From: an uncultured Gammaproteobacteria bacterium
GTDB taxonomy: Bacteria > Patescibacteriota > Microgenomatia > UBA8517
Direction: 5' to 3'
Length of the DNA stretch: 64,000 bases
Assembly: GCA_964430475.1 (NCBI GenBank)
Contig: CAYSEQ010000002.1
Span: 71,706-135,705, forward strand
Part shown: positions 1 to 9,507 of the stretch, in pieces
How the letters are laid out: the number at the start of each line of letters is the position of its first letter
How positions within the stretch are numbered: position 1 is the first letter of the stretch
Position numbers and translations under genes: made by a program
The notes under the pieces: model-generated
What the model was told of the DNA's origin: nothing
The model's input: only the letters and a program-made list of their open reading frames with translations
The model's database searches: none

Positions 1-348
1 GGCGCCAGAGTGTTTTATCCTTGCTTGATCTAAGATCTTCAAAGTTTCCAGTAATCCTTCCTTGCCAAAATCCAAAATATGATTATTGGCACAACAACAA
101 TAGCTGACATTGGCGGCCTTTAAAGCCTCCACATTTTGAGGTTCACTTCTAAAAAAGAATACTGGAGATTCTTTTATTCCTTTTACTTTCGCGCTAGTTA
201 ATGCACACTCCAGGTTTATAAAAACAAGATCAGAACTGATAAGATCAGGTAAAATGTTTCCCCATATAACACTTTTGTCTTTTAAAGTTATTAAGTAATC
301 ATTAACTGCCCTACCGAGCATGACATCGCCAGTAAAAGTAAGAATCAT
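1..348 (-). CDS. CapA/PGA_cap family metallophosphatase-like protein (poly-gamma-glutamate capsule synthesis-like), N-terminal part; gene runs off the window edge
   Basis: Reverse-strand translation from ATG at 346-348 reads MILTFTGDVMLGRAVNDYL...NLECALTS, which is the typical N-terminus of the CapA/PGA_cap family. The ORF is open to position 1. The start overlaps the stop of the downstream gene (ATGA). Confidence 0.5.
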   Translation of the reverse strand, partial: MILTFTGDVMLGRAVNDYLITLKDKSVIWGNILPDLISSDLVFINLECALTSAKVKGIKESPVFFFRSEPQNVEALKAANVSYCCCANNHILDFGKEGLLETLKILDQARIKHSGA

Positions 349-845
349 TGTCTAGGTGTTTTCATCAGAAAAAGTAATGATATTAGAAATGTGAGACTAA
401 AAAATGTTAAGGGTAAGATGACTGGCCCTAACCACCCAAATGGCACAAGGAAAAAAATATCTAAATCGAAAATATTTTTTGGCCAATCTAAGAATATTTT
501 TAAGAATAGGTAGTATCCAAGATCCCAGAGAGAAAAAATGTAAAAAAAGTGGATAAACTTTTCGAGTTTGTTTTTCCCAGAAATTAGAGAAATACTTGCG
601 ATTACGACTAAAGTAGCAATCTCTCGAAGTTTTTCTAAATTTATTATCCAGGTGTTTCCGAAAATTTTTTCAGGGTTTTTAAAAAAAACAATAAAAGGTG
701 TTTTTAGGAAAATCTCTATCCTATTCGGGTCAATTTCTTGTAGTGACTCTAAAGGAAATATTTGGCGGAGATAGACTACAACCGCTGCTTCAATTAAAGC
801 AAAGGCTAGGGAAAAGATTGTTAAATTGAGGATTTTTCCTTTCAT
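345..845 (-). CDS. hypothetical small polytopic membrane protein (~4 TM)
   Basis: 166-aa ORF with several hydrophobic segments. No recognisable catalytic motif. Confidence 0.4.
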   Translation of the reverse strand: MKGKILNLTIFSLAFALIEAAVVVYLRQIFPLESLQEIDPNRIEIFLKTPFIVFFKNPEKIFGNTWIINLEKLREIATLVVIASISLISGKNKLEKFIHFFYIFSLWDLGYYLFLKIFLDWPKNIFDLDIFFLVPFGWLGPVILPLTFFSLTFLISLLFLMKTPRQ

Positions 846-950
846 TCAAAAAATATTTTACACCAAGTTGCCAATATCGGTTTTGAATTGAGAGGATAAA
901 TTTGTAGAAAAATAGCCCAAAAATCTTGAGTAAGAATTAATTATAAACTT

Positions 951-1664
951 TTAAAGAAACTGCTTATAGTAAGTTAGGTCATTTAGAAGGGATGTTAAAT
1001 TTAAGAGTCTTCCGCGTCTTTCATTTAATTCTTCTATCAAATACTGTCTTATTCCCTCATTAGTTTTTTGGATAATTTCTTTCTCTAGCTTTTCGCACTT
1101 TTTAAGTTCTCCTGTCTCGTAATAACCAAGAACTTCCTCTAGGGGAAAACTTATTTTAAGTAATTTTCCTGCCCTTAATATATTGGCAAGCGAGAATGGG
1201 CTGTCTTTATTATCAAGATTGCCTTGTTCTGCGTATACTTTACATTTTTCTTTTATGATATTTTCAACTGGTTTGTTTAATAGTACAGATTCTGTAAGGT
1301 AAAATGCCGCCAATTCTATACTTTTCTCTTCATCTACCTCGTAAGATGAAATTTCTTTCTGAGCTCGACCTTCTAAACTTTGGATTTTTTCCTTAAGGGG
1401 TTCCGTTTTAGCTATGAAGTAAAGTTTTCTTCTTTTGTGGTGAGTCTCTTCAAAAGTAGAAAGGACTTGAGTGATTACACTTTTAACTCTTTTTGCTGTT
1501 AATATCATTCCCACCTTTGGCTTTATCAAAGCTTTTGTTTCAGGATCATAATCAAGAGGTAAGACCACAAAATTTGCCGGGAGATTAAAGGGTCTTGGAT
1601 TCTTTGATGTAATAAAGTGGGGTATATCTTCAAATATTTTTGTATAGGAAAAACTTTCTTTCAT
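951..1664 (-). CDS. hypothetical protein
   Basis: 237-aa ORF with a clean ATG start. Charged and coiled-coil-like C-terminal half. No family recognised. Confidence 0.4.
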   Translation of the reverse strand: MKESFSYTKIFEDIPHFITSKNPRPFNLPANFVVLPLDYDPETKALIKPKVGMILTAKRVKSVITQVLSTFEETHHKRRKLYFIAKTEPLKEKIQSLEGRAQKEISSYEVDEEKSIELAAFYLTESVLLNKPVENIIKEKCKVYAEQGNLDNKDSPFSLANILRAGKLLKISFPLEEVLGYYETGELKKCEKLEKEIIQKTNEGIRQYLIEELNERRGRLLNLTSLLNDLTYYKQFL

Positions 1665-1826
1665 TTGAATATTAGTGTTGATCTTGTATTATAAGATAAT
1701 TATTCTTATGTTTGTAGATAGAAAGGATCAAAACTTGAGATCTTTTTCGAGAAGGGAATTTATAGCTTTATCAAGTATTTTTAGTGTTTATTCTCTAGTA
1801 AAAGTTTCTGAATCCGGAAAAACATC

Positions 1827-2825
1827 TTGGCTTTTACCTCAAATTGGAAGAGAAGATTTTTGCTCAGAAAATTTGAGATAAAGAAGCCTCGCGATTACCC
1901 CGAGGAATTAAAGGGTATATTGATAAATTCTCCGTATCTTCATTTGTATGATGAAGAAGAGCAAGATCTTTATTTAAACAAAGCAAAATCTTTGGGTGCT
2001 TCAAGGGTGAGAGTCTTTTTGGACGATGCTTATGAGCCTAAAATAGGAGAGTATCGGGGTGAGGTGTTGGAAAGGGTTTTAAAACTTAGTCAAAAAGCTA
2101 CCACTAAAGGTTTGGCGATTGAAGTTGATCTTTTTGATTGTTTTACACTCGGGAATTCTTTGATAAATAATTTTAGTTATCCTACTCCGGTGTCTTTACC
2201 AACTTCGCCCTACAATAAGACAAGAGATAAACTTGGATATTTCAAATTTTTTGTTGATGAAGATCTCAAAGATGCCTTCAAGTTCCGCGTAAAGGATGTT
2301 GTTTCAAAGTTAAAAGGAACTTCTGTGAATATTGTTAGTTGTGCTAATGAGGCAAATCCCGCACTTTGGAGTTTACCCGAAAATGAGGCTAAAGATGTTT
2401 TAACTAAATGGTACCAAGAGGTGGTTGAAGTGATCAGGGTTGAGAATCCAGATCTTATCGTACTGACGGGTTTGGCAGAACCTTGGAGTGTAGATTCTAA
2501 AAAAATTCCTGGAATTTCTGCGAATACTCTACACGCCTATCCATTTTCAACGAATCTTAAGCGATTAGAAAGTTTCAATGAAAATATACCTCTTGTTTGC
2601 CAAGAAACAGGTTTTCCGTATCGGTTTTTGTTGAGAATTCCCAGTGAAGTAAGAAATTATCTTTCTCTATCATTTGCACGAAAGCTAATCTTAAGTTTAA
2701 TGCTTGTAGATGAAGGGAAAAAAGAAATTCATCCAAAGGTTTTATCGATAGGCATTTGGAAATTAGGGAAGCATGACGATGGTTTCAATGTAAGTAGTGA
2801 TGATCCTTTTTGGTCTTATATTTAG
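1827..2825 (+). CDS. glycoside hydrolase family 5-like (TIM-barrel endo-glycanase/mannanase-like)
   Basis: The NEANP motif resembles the GH5 acid/base NEP motif. The downstream QETGFPY resembles the GH5 nucleophile ETG motif. There is no in-frame ATG, so a TTG start at 1827 is assumed and the true start is uncertain. No signal peptide seen. Confidence 0.5.
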   Translation: MAFTSNWKRRFLLRKFEIKKPRDYPEELKGILINSPYLHLYDEEEQDLYLNKAKSLGASRVRVFLDDAYEPKIGEYRGEVLERVLKLSQKATTKGLAIEVDLFDCFTLGNSLINNFSYPTPVSLPTSPYNKTRDKLGYFKFFVDEDLKDAFKFRVKDVVSKLKGTSVNIVSCANEANPALWSLPENEAKDVLTKWYQEVVEVIRVENPDLIVLTGLAEPWSVDSKKIPGISANTLHAYPFSTNLKRLESFNENIPLVCQETGFPYRFLLRIPSEVRNYLSLSFARKLILSLMLVDEGKKEIHPKVLSIGIWKLGKHDDGFNVSSDDPFWSYI

Positions 2826-2930
2826 AGAATGGAATCTCCGATTTTTAGGACAAGAAATATCTTAAAGTAAGGCCTTTTGACCTAGATTTTTTTCAATTTG
2901 TAAAGATGAGGTTTTTATTTTTGGACCACT

Positions 2931-3374
2931 TTAAAATCCGTGTTTTGAGAGATAGTTCAATATCTCGTTTGCATGCGTTGCAGGGTTAACATGGTTAAAG
3001 ATCTTCTGAATTTTTCCTTTGGGGTTTATTAAAAACGAACATCTTTTAGTGAAGATGACACCATCAGCCCCATAAACTTTTATCACCTCTTTTTTATAAT
3101 CTGAAAGAAGTGAGAATGGAAGGCGATACCTTTCACTGAATTTTTTATGGCTCTCGATACTATTAGGGCTTATACCTAAAATTTTAAGCCTATTTTTTAG
3201 TAAAGGAAAAATATCCCTGAAAGAACATGCTTCTTTTGTGCACCCTGGGGTAAAGTCTTTGGGGTAAAAGTAAACCAGCACCCACTTTCCTTTGTAGTCT
3301 GAGAGTTTTTCGATTCTTCCGTTCTGGTTAGGTAGGTTAAAGTTAGGCGCTTTTGTATTTTCTTTTAACCTCAT
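2931..3374 (-). CDS. bcp: peroxiredoxin Bcp (thiol peroxidase, AhpC/TSA family)
   Basis: FTPGCTKEAC peroxidatic and resolving Cys motif. The length of 147 aa and overall sequence are typical of Bcp. Confidence 0.85.
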   Translation of the reverse strand: MRLKENTKAPNFNLPNQNGRIEKLSDYKGKWVLVYFYPKDFTPGCTKEACSFRDIFPLLKNRLKILGISPNSIESHKKFSERYRLPFSLLSDYKKEVIKVYGADGVIFTKRCSFLINPKGKIQKIFNHVNPATHANEILNYLSKHGF

Positions 3375-3470
3375 ATTGGCTCTAAAGAGATAATCCTAAA
3401 AATTTTTAATTTTTGTAAGTCTTTTTTATATCCAAGACAGTCTTAAGGAATTAATAGGTAAAGTAACTTC

Positions 3471-4187
3471 TTATTTAACTAAAGTTTTTATTAAACTTGG
3501 TCTTATTTTTTGGGTTCTCTTCAATGCTTGATCTTTACGCCATTTTTCTATTTTTTGATGGTCTCCTGAGAGTAAAACTTTGGGTACCTTCCAATTACGA
3601 TAGATTGCAGGCCTGGTATATTGGGGGAATTCAAGGGTTGTAATTGAAGATCCCTGAATCTTTAATTTTGAAAAGGACTCAAGTTTGGTAGCCTCTTCTT
3701 TTTCCAAGACATTAGGAATAAGACGAACAATAGCATCTACCAAAACCATTGCGGGTATTTCACCTCCTGTTAGAATGTAATCTCCTATTGATATAACCTC
3801 GTCAGCAATGTATTTATGAACCCTATAATCTACGCCTTCGTAATGTCCTGCTATTAAAATAAGATGATTTTCTTTTGAAAGTCTCTTAGCCATTGTCTGA
3901 GTAAATTTTTTACCTGCGGGATCAAGAAGAATAATTTTTGTATCCGATCTCCCAGTTTTACCTATTAGTTCTTTAAACGCTTGGTCAATTACATCGACTC
4001 TTAATATCATTCCCACTCCTCCTCCGAATGGCCGGTCATCAACGGTTTTATGTCTGTCCTTTGCCCAATCGCGGAGGTTATGAATGTTTATTTCAACCAA
4101 TCCTTTTTGCTGTGCTTTCTTGATAATTGACTCCTGGAAGGGCCCTATGAACATTTTTGGGAAAAGAGTTATTATGTCTATCCTCAT
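3471..4187 (-). CDS. trmD: tRNA (guanine37-N1)-methyltransferase
   Basis: The N-terminus MRIDIITLFPKMF and the ...RDWAKDRHKTVDDRPFGGGVGM region are a canonical TrmD signature. 238 aa. Confidence 0.9.
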   Translation of the reverse strand: MRIDIITLFPKMFIGPFQESIIKKAQQKGLVEINIHNLRDWAKDRHKTVDDRPFGGGVGMILRVDVIDQAFKELIGKTGRSDTKIILLDPAGKKFTQTMAKRLSKENHLILIAGHYEGVDYRVHKYIADEVISIGDYILTGGEIPAMVLVDAIVRLIPNVLEKEEATKLESFSKLKIQGSSITTLEFPQYTRPAIYRNWKVPKVLLSGDHQKIEKWRKDQALKRTQKIRPSLIKTLVK

Positions 4188-4214
4188 ATTGATATATTAT
4201 ATTATAATTCTTTT

Positions 4215-4968
4215 ATGTACCAAATTCCCTCACTCCTGAGAATTTCTGGATTATTTCACGCGTTTTCCTGTAAGACTGACGGAAATATGTCATACATAAT
4301 TTTGGGTGAAGAAAAAGATTTTGAAGTAGTAACCAAAAATAGAAAAATCTTTTTGCAGAAAGCAAAAATCGATATTTCAAGGACAATTACAATGTGGGTG
4401 GAACCAAGGACCGGGTAAAGGAAGTATCTGAAAAAATCTCAAAAAAAGTCTGTCGGATCCAATTTCGGTAGTAAAATGTGACGCCTTAATTACTCAAAAG
4501 AGAAGGTTGTATCTTTTTTTAACTATTGCTGATTGTCTGCCAATAATTTTGTTTGATCCTGTAAAAAAAGCGTTAGGGTTAGTTCATGCAGGAGTTAGGG
4601 GTACAGATTTAGGAATAGCCAGGAAAGCGGTATCAAGAATGAAGAAAAAATATAATTGCGACCCGAAAGATTTAATAGTTGCTTTTGGACCCGCAGCTAG
4701 AGCTGACACTTACATTAAAGACGATCCTAAATTTGAAAATCCTAGGATGTGGAAGCCTTTTTTGAAAAGGACACTTGACGGAAGATTTATGGTAGACTTT
4801 GTAGGTTGCTCAAAGTGGCAGATCTTAGAAAGCGGAGTTTTTAAGAAGAATATTATCGATTGCGGGATAAATACGATGACTGACGAGAGATTTTTTTCGC
4901 ACAGGTTAGATTCGGAAAGGGGTTTTGCTGACCAAGGAAGGTTTGCTTGTGTGGTTGGAATTAAATAA
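4215..4968 (+). pseudogene. pgeF: peptidoglycan editing factor PgeF/YfiH (DUF152 purine-nucleoside phosphorylase/laccase-domain) homolog, split by a frameshift or stop between an N-terminal ORF (4215..4418) and a C-terminal ORF (4432/4507..4968)
   Basis: The C-terminal ORF contains the family hallmark (A)DALIT...LFLTIADCLP. It continues upstream in its own frame to 4432 (KCDALITQKRR). The N-terminal ORF (MYQIPSLLRISGLFHAFSCKTDGN...) is in a different frame and ends at 4418 next to an A7/A6 homopolymer region (4431-4447). This is either a genuine pseudogene, a programmed frameshift, or an assembly indel. Confidence 0.5.
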
Positions 4969-5124
4969 TAAGAAACTTATGAGAATAGCTGAATATTAAG
5001 ATGTAGGTTGTCAATCTATTCTAAGAAAATAGTCGTTGCCATAGAGTTTTATTGTGGAGTTATTAAAATAAATGTTAAGTTACCCCAGTCGATAAATAAG
5101 CTTTTCTTCCAAAGACTCTTAATG

Positions 5125-5154
5125 CGGTGTAAAATATTAACTCGGTGTTAAATA
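5125..5154. promoter_or_regulatory. direct repeat cggtgtaaaata / cggtgttaaata upstream of the efflux operon; candidate promoter/operator
   Basis: Two 12-nt near-identical copies lie 18 nt apart, about 25-50 nt upstream of the ATG at 5177. The first copy overlaps a TAAAAT -10-like hexamer. Confidence 0.25.
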
Positions 5155-5176
5155 AAAAAGGTAAGTTTTTATAAAT

Positions 5177-6193
5177 ATGGCTAAGTTATTAAATTTGTTG
5201 CGAAGAAAAAAAAGTTTCATAATTGTAGCGGTAGGTCTAATATTAGTAGGTTTCTTAGTCTACAAAAGGTTTTCCTCTGAGAAAAATAGAGTAAAAACCG
5301 TAGAGATAAAAAGGGGAACAGTAGTCCAAGAAATAGTTCTTCCTGGGCAGATTCTGGCAGAGGAATATGCTAATTTGAGTTTTCTGTCGTCTGGAAACTT
5401 AAATTATGTGAGTGTTAGCGAAGGACAGTTTGTTAAAAAAGGTGATATCCTTGCGCGTTTGGATTCTACCAACGCATATCAGACGCTCCTCCAAGCCGAA
5501 GCAGACCTTAGACGCTACGAGGCTTCCTTAGAAAAAGTCTACGATGAGATTAAGGGGCACGAAAAAGATGAAAGTTTTGAGCAAAAGGAAATAAGAACTA
5601 TTGCAGAGACAAATAGGGATAAGGCTTATAGAGCCTATGTTATCGCGCAACACAATTTACAAAATTTGGTTCTAAAAGCTCCTTTTGAAGGAATAGTTTC
5701 AAGTATCACCCATCCATTTAATGGAGTAAATGTTAGTCTGACTGAGTCCCAAATTGAGATTTTTAATCCTAAAACTATCTACTTTTCAGTAAGTGCCGAC
5801 CAGACGGAAGTAACTGGGTTAAAAGTTGGGCAGAAGGTGAAAGTAGTTTTAGACTCTTTTCCGAATGAAGAGATCGACGGAGAGGTTTCCTATATTAGCT
5901 TTACCCCAAAAGCACAGGAGGTTGGTACAGTTTACGAAGTTAAGGTAAAACTTTTGGGTTCGGTTGATATCCAAAAAATTCGTATTGGTATGAGCGGTGA
6001 CGCTAGATTCATTATTTCTGAGAAGCCGGATGTACTATATTTGCCTCCTGAATTTTTGAAGTCGGATAGAAATGGAAAATATATTAATCTTGGGAAAAAA
6101 GATAATAAGGTTTATATCGAGGTGGGCATTGAAGGTGAAGACAGGGTAGAAATAAAGGGAGAAGTCAAGGAAGGAGATGTGGTTTTCGACTAA
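5177..6193 (+). CDS. HlyD/MacA-family efflux periplasmic adaptor (membrane fusion protein)
   Basis: N-terminal signal-anchor TM, coiled-coil middle and beta-barrel-like C-terminus. Lies directly upstream of the MacB-type ABC ATPase and FtsX permease. Confidence 0.7.
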   Translation: MAKLLNLLRRKKSFIIVAVGLILVGFLVYKRFSSEKNRVKTVEIKRGTVVQEIVLPGQILAEEYANLSFLSSGNLNYVSVSEGQFVKKGDILARLDSTNAYQTLLQAEADLRRYEASLEKVYDEIKGHEKDESFEQKEIRTIAETNRDKAYRAYVIAQHNLQNLVLKAPFEGIVSSITHPFNGVNVSLTESQIEIFNPKTIYFSVSADQTEVTGLKVGQKVKVVLDSFPNEEIDGEVSYISFTPKAQEVGTVYEVKVKLLGSVDIQKIRIGMSGDARFIISEKPDVLYLPPEFLKSDRNGKYINLGKKDNKVYIEVGIEGEDRVEIKGEVKEGDVVFD

Positions 6194-6258
6194 AGAATTT
6201 TCCTTTCACGCTTTATTATTTAACTAAATGGAGGTATATATCTTATTCTACTTTGCCT

Positions 6259-6936
6259 ATGATTAAGCTTCAGAATGTGTGCAAATCCTACTTTTTGGGC
6301 GACGAAGAGGTTAAAGCCGTTTGTGATGTAAATCTAGAAATCAAAGAAAAAGAATATGTAGGGATTTTAGGAGCTTCCGGTTCAGGTAAGTCTACTTTGA
6401 TGTATTTAATAGGTCTTCTGGAGCATCCGACTTCTGGAAAGATTTTTCTGTACGGGAAAGACACCTCGAAACTAAGCGACACTGAACTTTCGAGGATGAG
6501 AAACAGGTATATTGGTTTCGTATTCCAACAGTTTAATCTAATAAATCGCTTCACTGTATTGGAGAATGTTTTATTACCAGTAAAATATTCTAAAGAAAGG
6601 TTGGACTTCAATCCTCGAGAGCGGGCAGAGGAGCTTTTAAGAATATTTGGGATCTACGATAGGAAGGATTTTTTCCCAAATAAAATTTCAGGAGGCCAGC
6701 AGCAAAGGGTAGCAATCGCAAGGGCATTAATAATGAATCCTAAGATAATTTTGGCAGACGAGCCGACAGGGAATCTAGATAGCAGGACGGGGGACGAAAT
6801 AATAAAAATTCTAAGTTCCTTAAATAAAGAATTCGGCGTAACCGTCATATTGGTAACGCATGAAAGAGAGATTGCCAAAAGGACTAAAAGACAAATTTAT
6901 ATAAAAGACGGCAAAATTGTGCAGAAATATCTCTAG
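6259..6936 (+). CDS. ABC transporter ATP-binding protein (MacB/LolD/FtsE-type)
   Basis: Walker A GASGSGKST, ABC signature ISGGQQQRVAIARAL and Walker B ILADEPTGNLD. ATG at 6259; the ORF track begins at TTG 6253. Confidence 0.9.
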   Translation: MIKLQNVCKSYFLGDEEVKAVCDVNLEIKEKEYVGILGASGSGKSTLMYLIGLLEHPTSGKIFLYGKDTSKLSDTELSRMRNRYIGFVFQQFNLINRFTVLENVLLPVKYSKERLDFNPRERAEELLRIFGIYDRKDFFPNKISGGQQQRVAIARALIMNPKIILADEPTGNLDSRTGDEIIKILSSLNKEFGVTVILVTHEREIAKRTKRQIYIKDGKIVQKYL

Positions 6937-6992
6937 TCATTTTTAATCAAAGTTTAAATCTTTTGCTATTTCTAATTTTCTCAGATTTTGGA

Positions 6993-8210
6993 ATGGAAAT
7001 TTTTAACGGTTATATTCATCTTGTCAAAACTGCTTTTTCGGATTTCCAAAGGAATAAAGTAAGAACCGCGTTGACATCGCTTGGAATTATGATTGGTGTT
7101 TTGTCTGTTGTTTTGCTTATTGCTCTAGGCGAAGGATTAAAGAATTATTTAGAACAACAGTTTGAAAAATTGGGAGCAAATTTAATTATTATCTTTCCGG
7201 GAAATATATCCTCGGGTGAGGAGGGGGGTGGGTTGAGAAATTTTGGGGCAGGATTCGCTGGTGGAGCAAGTTTTGATGAGAAAGACTATAACAGTTTATT
7301 GAGGATAAGCGAAGCTGACTATGTTGTTCCGCAGTTTGTGAAGAGTAGCCTTATTGAGGCGAATGGGAATAAAAAATTGGGTTACATCTTGGGGACGAAC
7401 GAGCAGTCTTTTAGTGTTTTAAATTTAAAACTTTTGAGAGGAGAGTTTTTTACAAGGGGAGATGTTTCAGCAAGAGCTAAAAAAGCTGTAGTTGGTTTTA
7501 GTCTGGCAGAGAAGTTGTTTGGTGTGCCAGAAGAAGGAGTTGGTAAGGTGATTCGGGTGGGAACTCAGCGTTTTAGGGTTGTTGGCGTAACAGCAAAAAC
7601 CGGAGATAGGGAACAAGACAATGGAGTATTTGTACCTTACAGGACAACCTTTGGGACTCTAAATCCTGATGAAAAATTTTTTACCATCTTTTTGGGAACT
7701 ACGAAGAAAGAAAATGTCGGAGTTATCAAACAAAAGGCTAAAGAGATATTACTTGAAAGATACAATGAAGACGACTTTACGGTAACCGAACAAACAGAAA
7801 TCCTTTCGACGCTAAACCAGATTTTCACAATCGTAAATTCGGTCCTAGTGGCAATAGGGTCGATTTCTTTGATTGTTGGGGGAATTGGGATTATGAATAT
7901 TATGTATGCAACGGTTACCGAGAGGACTAAAGAGATTGGGATAAGAAGGGCAGTTGGTGCGACTCAAAAAGATATTCTTAGGCATTTTCTTGTTGAAAGT
8001 GTTCTTCTATCTGTCTTTGGAGGTATCGCAGGACTAATTTTTGCATCTTTAGCTGTTTTTGTTATCCGAAGATTTTTCCCCGCTTCTTTGAACCTCTTGG
8101 CTATCTTTGCCTCACTGGGTGTTTCATCAGCAATCGGGATTTTTTTTGGTGTTTTTCCTGCTATACGTGCATCCCGGCTACCCCCGATAGAGGCTATACG
8201 CTACGAGTAA
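6993..8210 (+). CDS. ABC transporter permease, FtsX/MacB family, with large periplasmic domain
   Basis: N-terminal TM, then an extracytoplasmic domain of about 250 aa, then C-terminal FtsX 3-TM module (IGIRRAVGATQKDILRHFLVESV...). A Gly-rich low-complexity insert lies at 7201-7280. Confidence 0.8.
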   Translation: MEIFNGYIHLVKTAFSDFQRNKVRTALTSLGIMIGVLSVVLLIALGEGLKNYLEQQFEKLGANLIIIFPGNISSGEEGGGLRNFGAGFAGGASFDEKDYNSLLRISEADYVVPQFVKSSLIEANGNKKLGYILGTNEQSFSVLNLKLLRGEFFTRGDVSARAKKAVVGFSLAEKLFGVPEEGVGKVIRVGTQRFRVVGVTAKTGDREQDNGVFVPYRTTFGTLNPDEKFFTIFLGTTKKENVGVIKQKAKEILLERYNEDDFTVTEQTEILSTLNQIFTIVNSVLVAIGSISLIVGGIGIMNIMYATVTERTKEIGIRRAVGATQKDILRHFLVESVLLSVFGGIAGLIFASLAVFVIRRFFPASLNLLAIFASLGVSSAIGIFFGVFPAIRASRLPPIEAIRYE

Positions 8211-8412
8211 ATTTCTAGTTAAAATTTGGAGGGTTCCAAATTTTTATAGACTCTATTTTAAAAAGTTGAAAGGCAAGAAACTTAATCTATTACTCGAAGA
8301 AAAACTAATCTTCATTAATGTATATAGTAGAATATCCTTAAAATAAATAGAAATTTTTGTGATGGGTGTTAAGGAAAGATTATCAGTGTCTAATTTAAGC
8401 TGCAAGTAATAA

Positions 8413-9429
8413 ATGATAGTGAAGTTAGACAGTAAAAATCCGGATATTTCGATAATCCAGAAAGCAGGAGAAATCATTAGAAAAGGAGGGTTGGTTGCCT
8501 TTCCTACCGAGACTGTTTATGGTCTGGGAGCCAATGCTTTGGATAGAAAAGCAGTAAGAAAGATATTTGAAGTTAAAGGAAGGCATTTTGATAATCCTCT
8601 CATTGTGCATATTTCTGATCTAGAAGATCTTTCTAAACTAGCGAAAGATATCCCTTCCGAGGCTATTGTCCTAGTTAAAAAGTTTTGGCCTGGTCCTTTG
8701 ACGCTGATTTTAAAAAAAACAAAAGTTGTTCCTAATGCGACTACTGCTAACTTGGATACTGTGGCTATTAGGATGCCTAAAGATAAAATTGCCCTTGAGC
8801 TTATAAGAGCTTCAGGTGTACCTATTGCTGCTCCATCAGCTAATTTATCTGGTAGACCTTCTCCGACAACTGCACAACATGTATTGGAGGATTTTGATGA
8901 CAAAATAGATTTAATCTTAGATGGAGGTCCTACGAAAATTGGTTTAGAATCCACAGTTTTGGATTTAACTACTACCTCTCCATTAATATTAAGACCTGGA
9001 GGTTTAAGTTTGGAGAAAATAAGAAGCGTCTTAAAAAATGTAGAACTTCACCCATCACTTTTGGGTGAAAAATTTGCAGGAGAGGTAAGATCTCCTGGGA
9101 TGAAATATAGACATTATGCTCCTAGAGCAAGACTTATTTTGGTAAGGCGGGGTATGGATCGAATGATTGAGAAGTTCAAAGGTGAGGGGAAAAGAGTGGG
9201 AATTTTGATAACTAGTGAAAATAAAGGTAAATTCAAAGATGCTGATGTGACCTTGGTTGTTGGTTCTAAGAACAATTTAGAACAAATAGCAAGAAATTTA
9301 TTTAGGGTATTAAGGCAATTTGACCTCCTGAATGTGGATGTTATCCTATCTGAAACTTTTCCAAAAAAAGGTTTGGGTCTGGCAATAATGAACAGACTCA
9401 AAAAGGCAAGTAGTAAAGAAGAAGCTTAG
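8413..9429 (+). CDS. tsaC: L-threonylcarbamoyladenylate synthase (Sua5/TsaC, YrdC domain plus Sua5 C-terminal domain)
   Basis: GGLVAFPTETVYGLGANA YrdC motif. The 338-aa length indicates the long Sua5 form. Confidence 0.9.
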   Translation: MIVKLDSKNPDISIIQKAGEIIRKGGLVAFPTETVYGLGANALDRKAVRKIFEVKGRHFDNPLIVHISDLEDLSKLAKDIPSEAIVLVKKFWPGPLTLILKKTKVVPNATTANLDTVAIRMPKDKIALELIRASGVPIAAPSANLSGRPSPTTAQHVLEDFDDKIDLILDGGPTKIGLESTVLDLTTTSPLILRPGGLSLEKIRSVLKNVELHPSLLGEKFAGEVRSPGMKYRHYAPRARLILVRRGMDRMIEKFKGEGKRVGILITSENKGKFKDADVTLVVGSKNNLEQIARNLFRVLRQFDLLNVDVILSETFPKKGLGLAIMNRLKKASSKEEA

Positions 9430-9507
9430 TAGAATTCAAATAAAGAAATTATAGACACTTTTTTCTCTTATTGTATTGATACTTCCGAGTTTGCTACCAT
9501 AAAAGTT

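Noticed and set aside
1675-1881. 68-aa ORF upstream of and overlapping the GH5-like gene start
   Set aside because: It is short with no motif, and overlaps the probable start region of the GH5-like gene. It may only indicate start-site uncertainty.
6288-6611. 107-aa ORF antisense to the ABC ATPase gene
   Set aside because: It lies fully inside a strongly supported ABC ATPase CDS on the opposite strand. It has no motifs and is typical of spurious antisense ORFs in AT-rich DNA.
8517-8954. 145-aa ORF antisense to tsaC/sua5
   Set aside because: It is embedded in a confidently identified conserved gene. The low-complexity Ser/Ala-rich translation fits an antisense-frame artifact.
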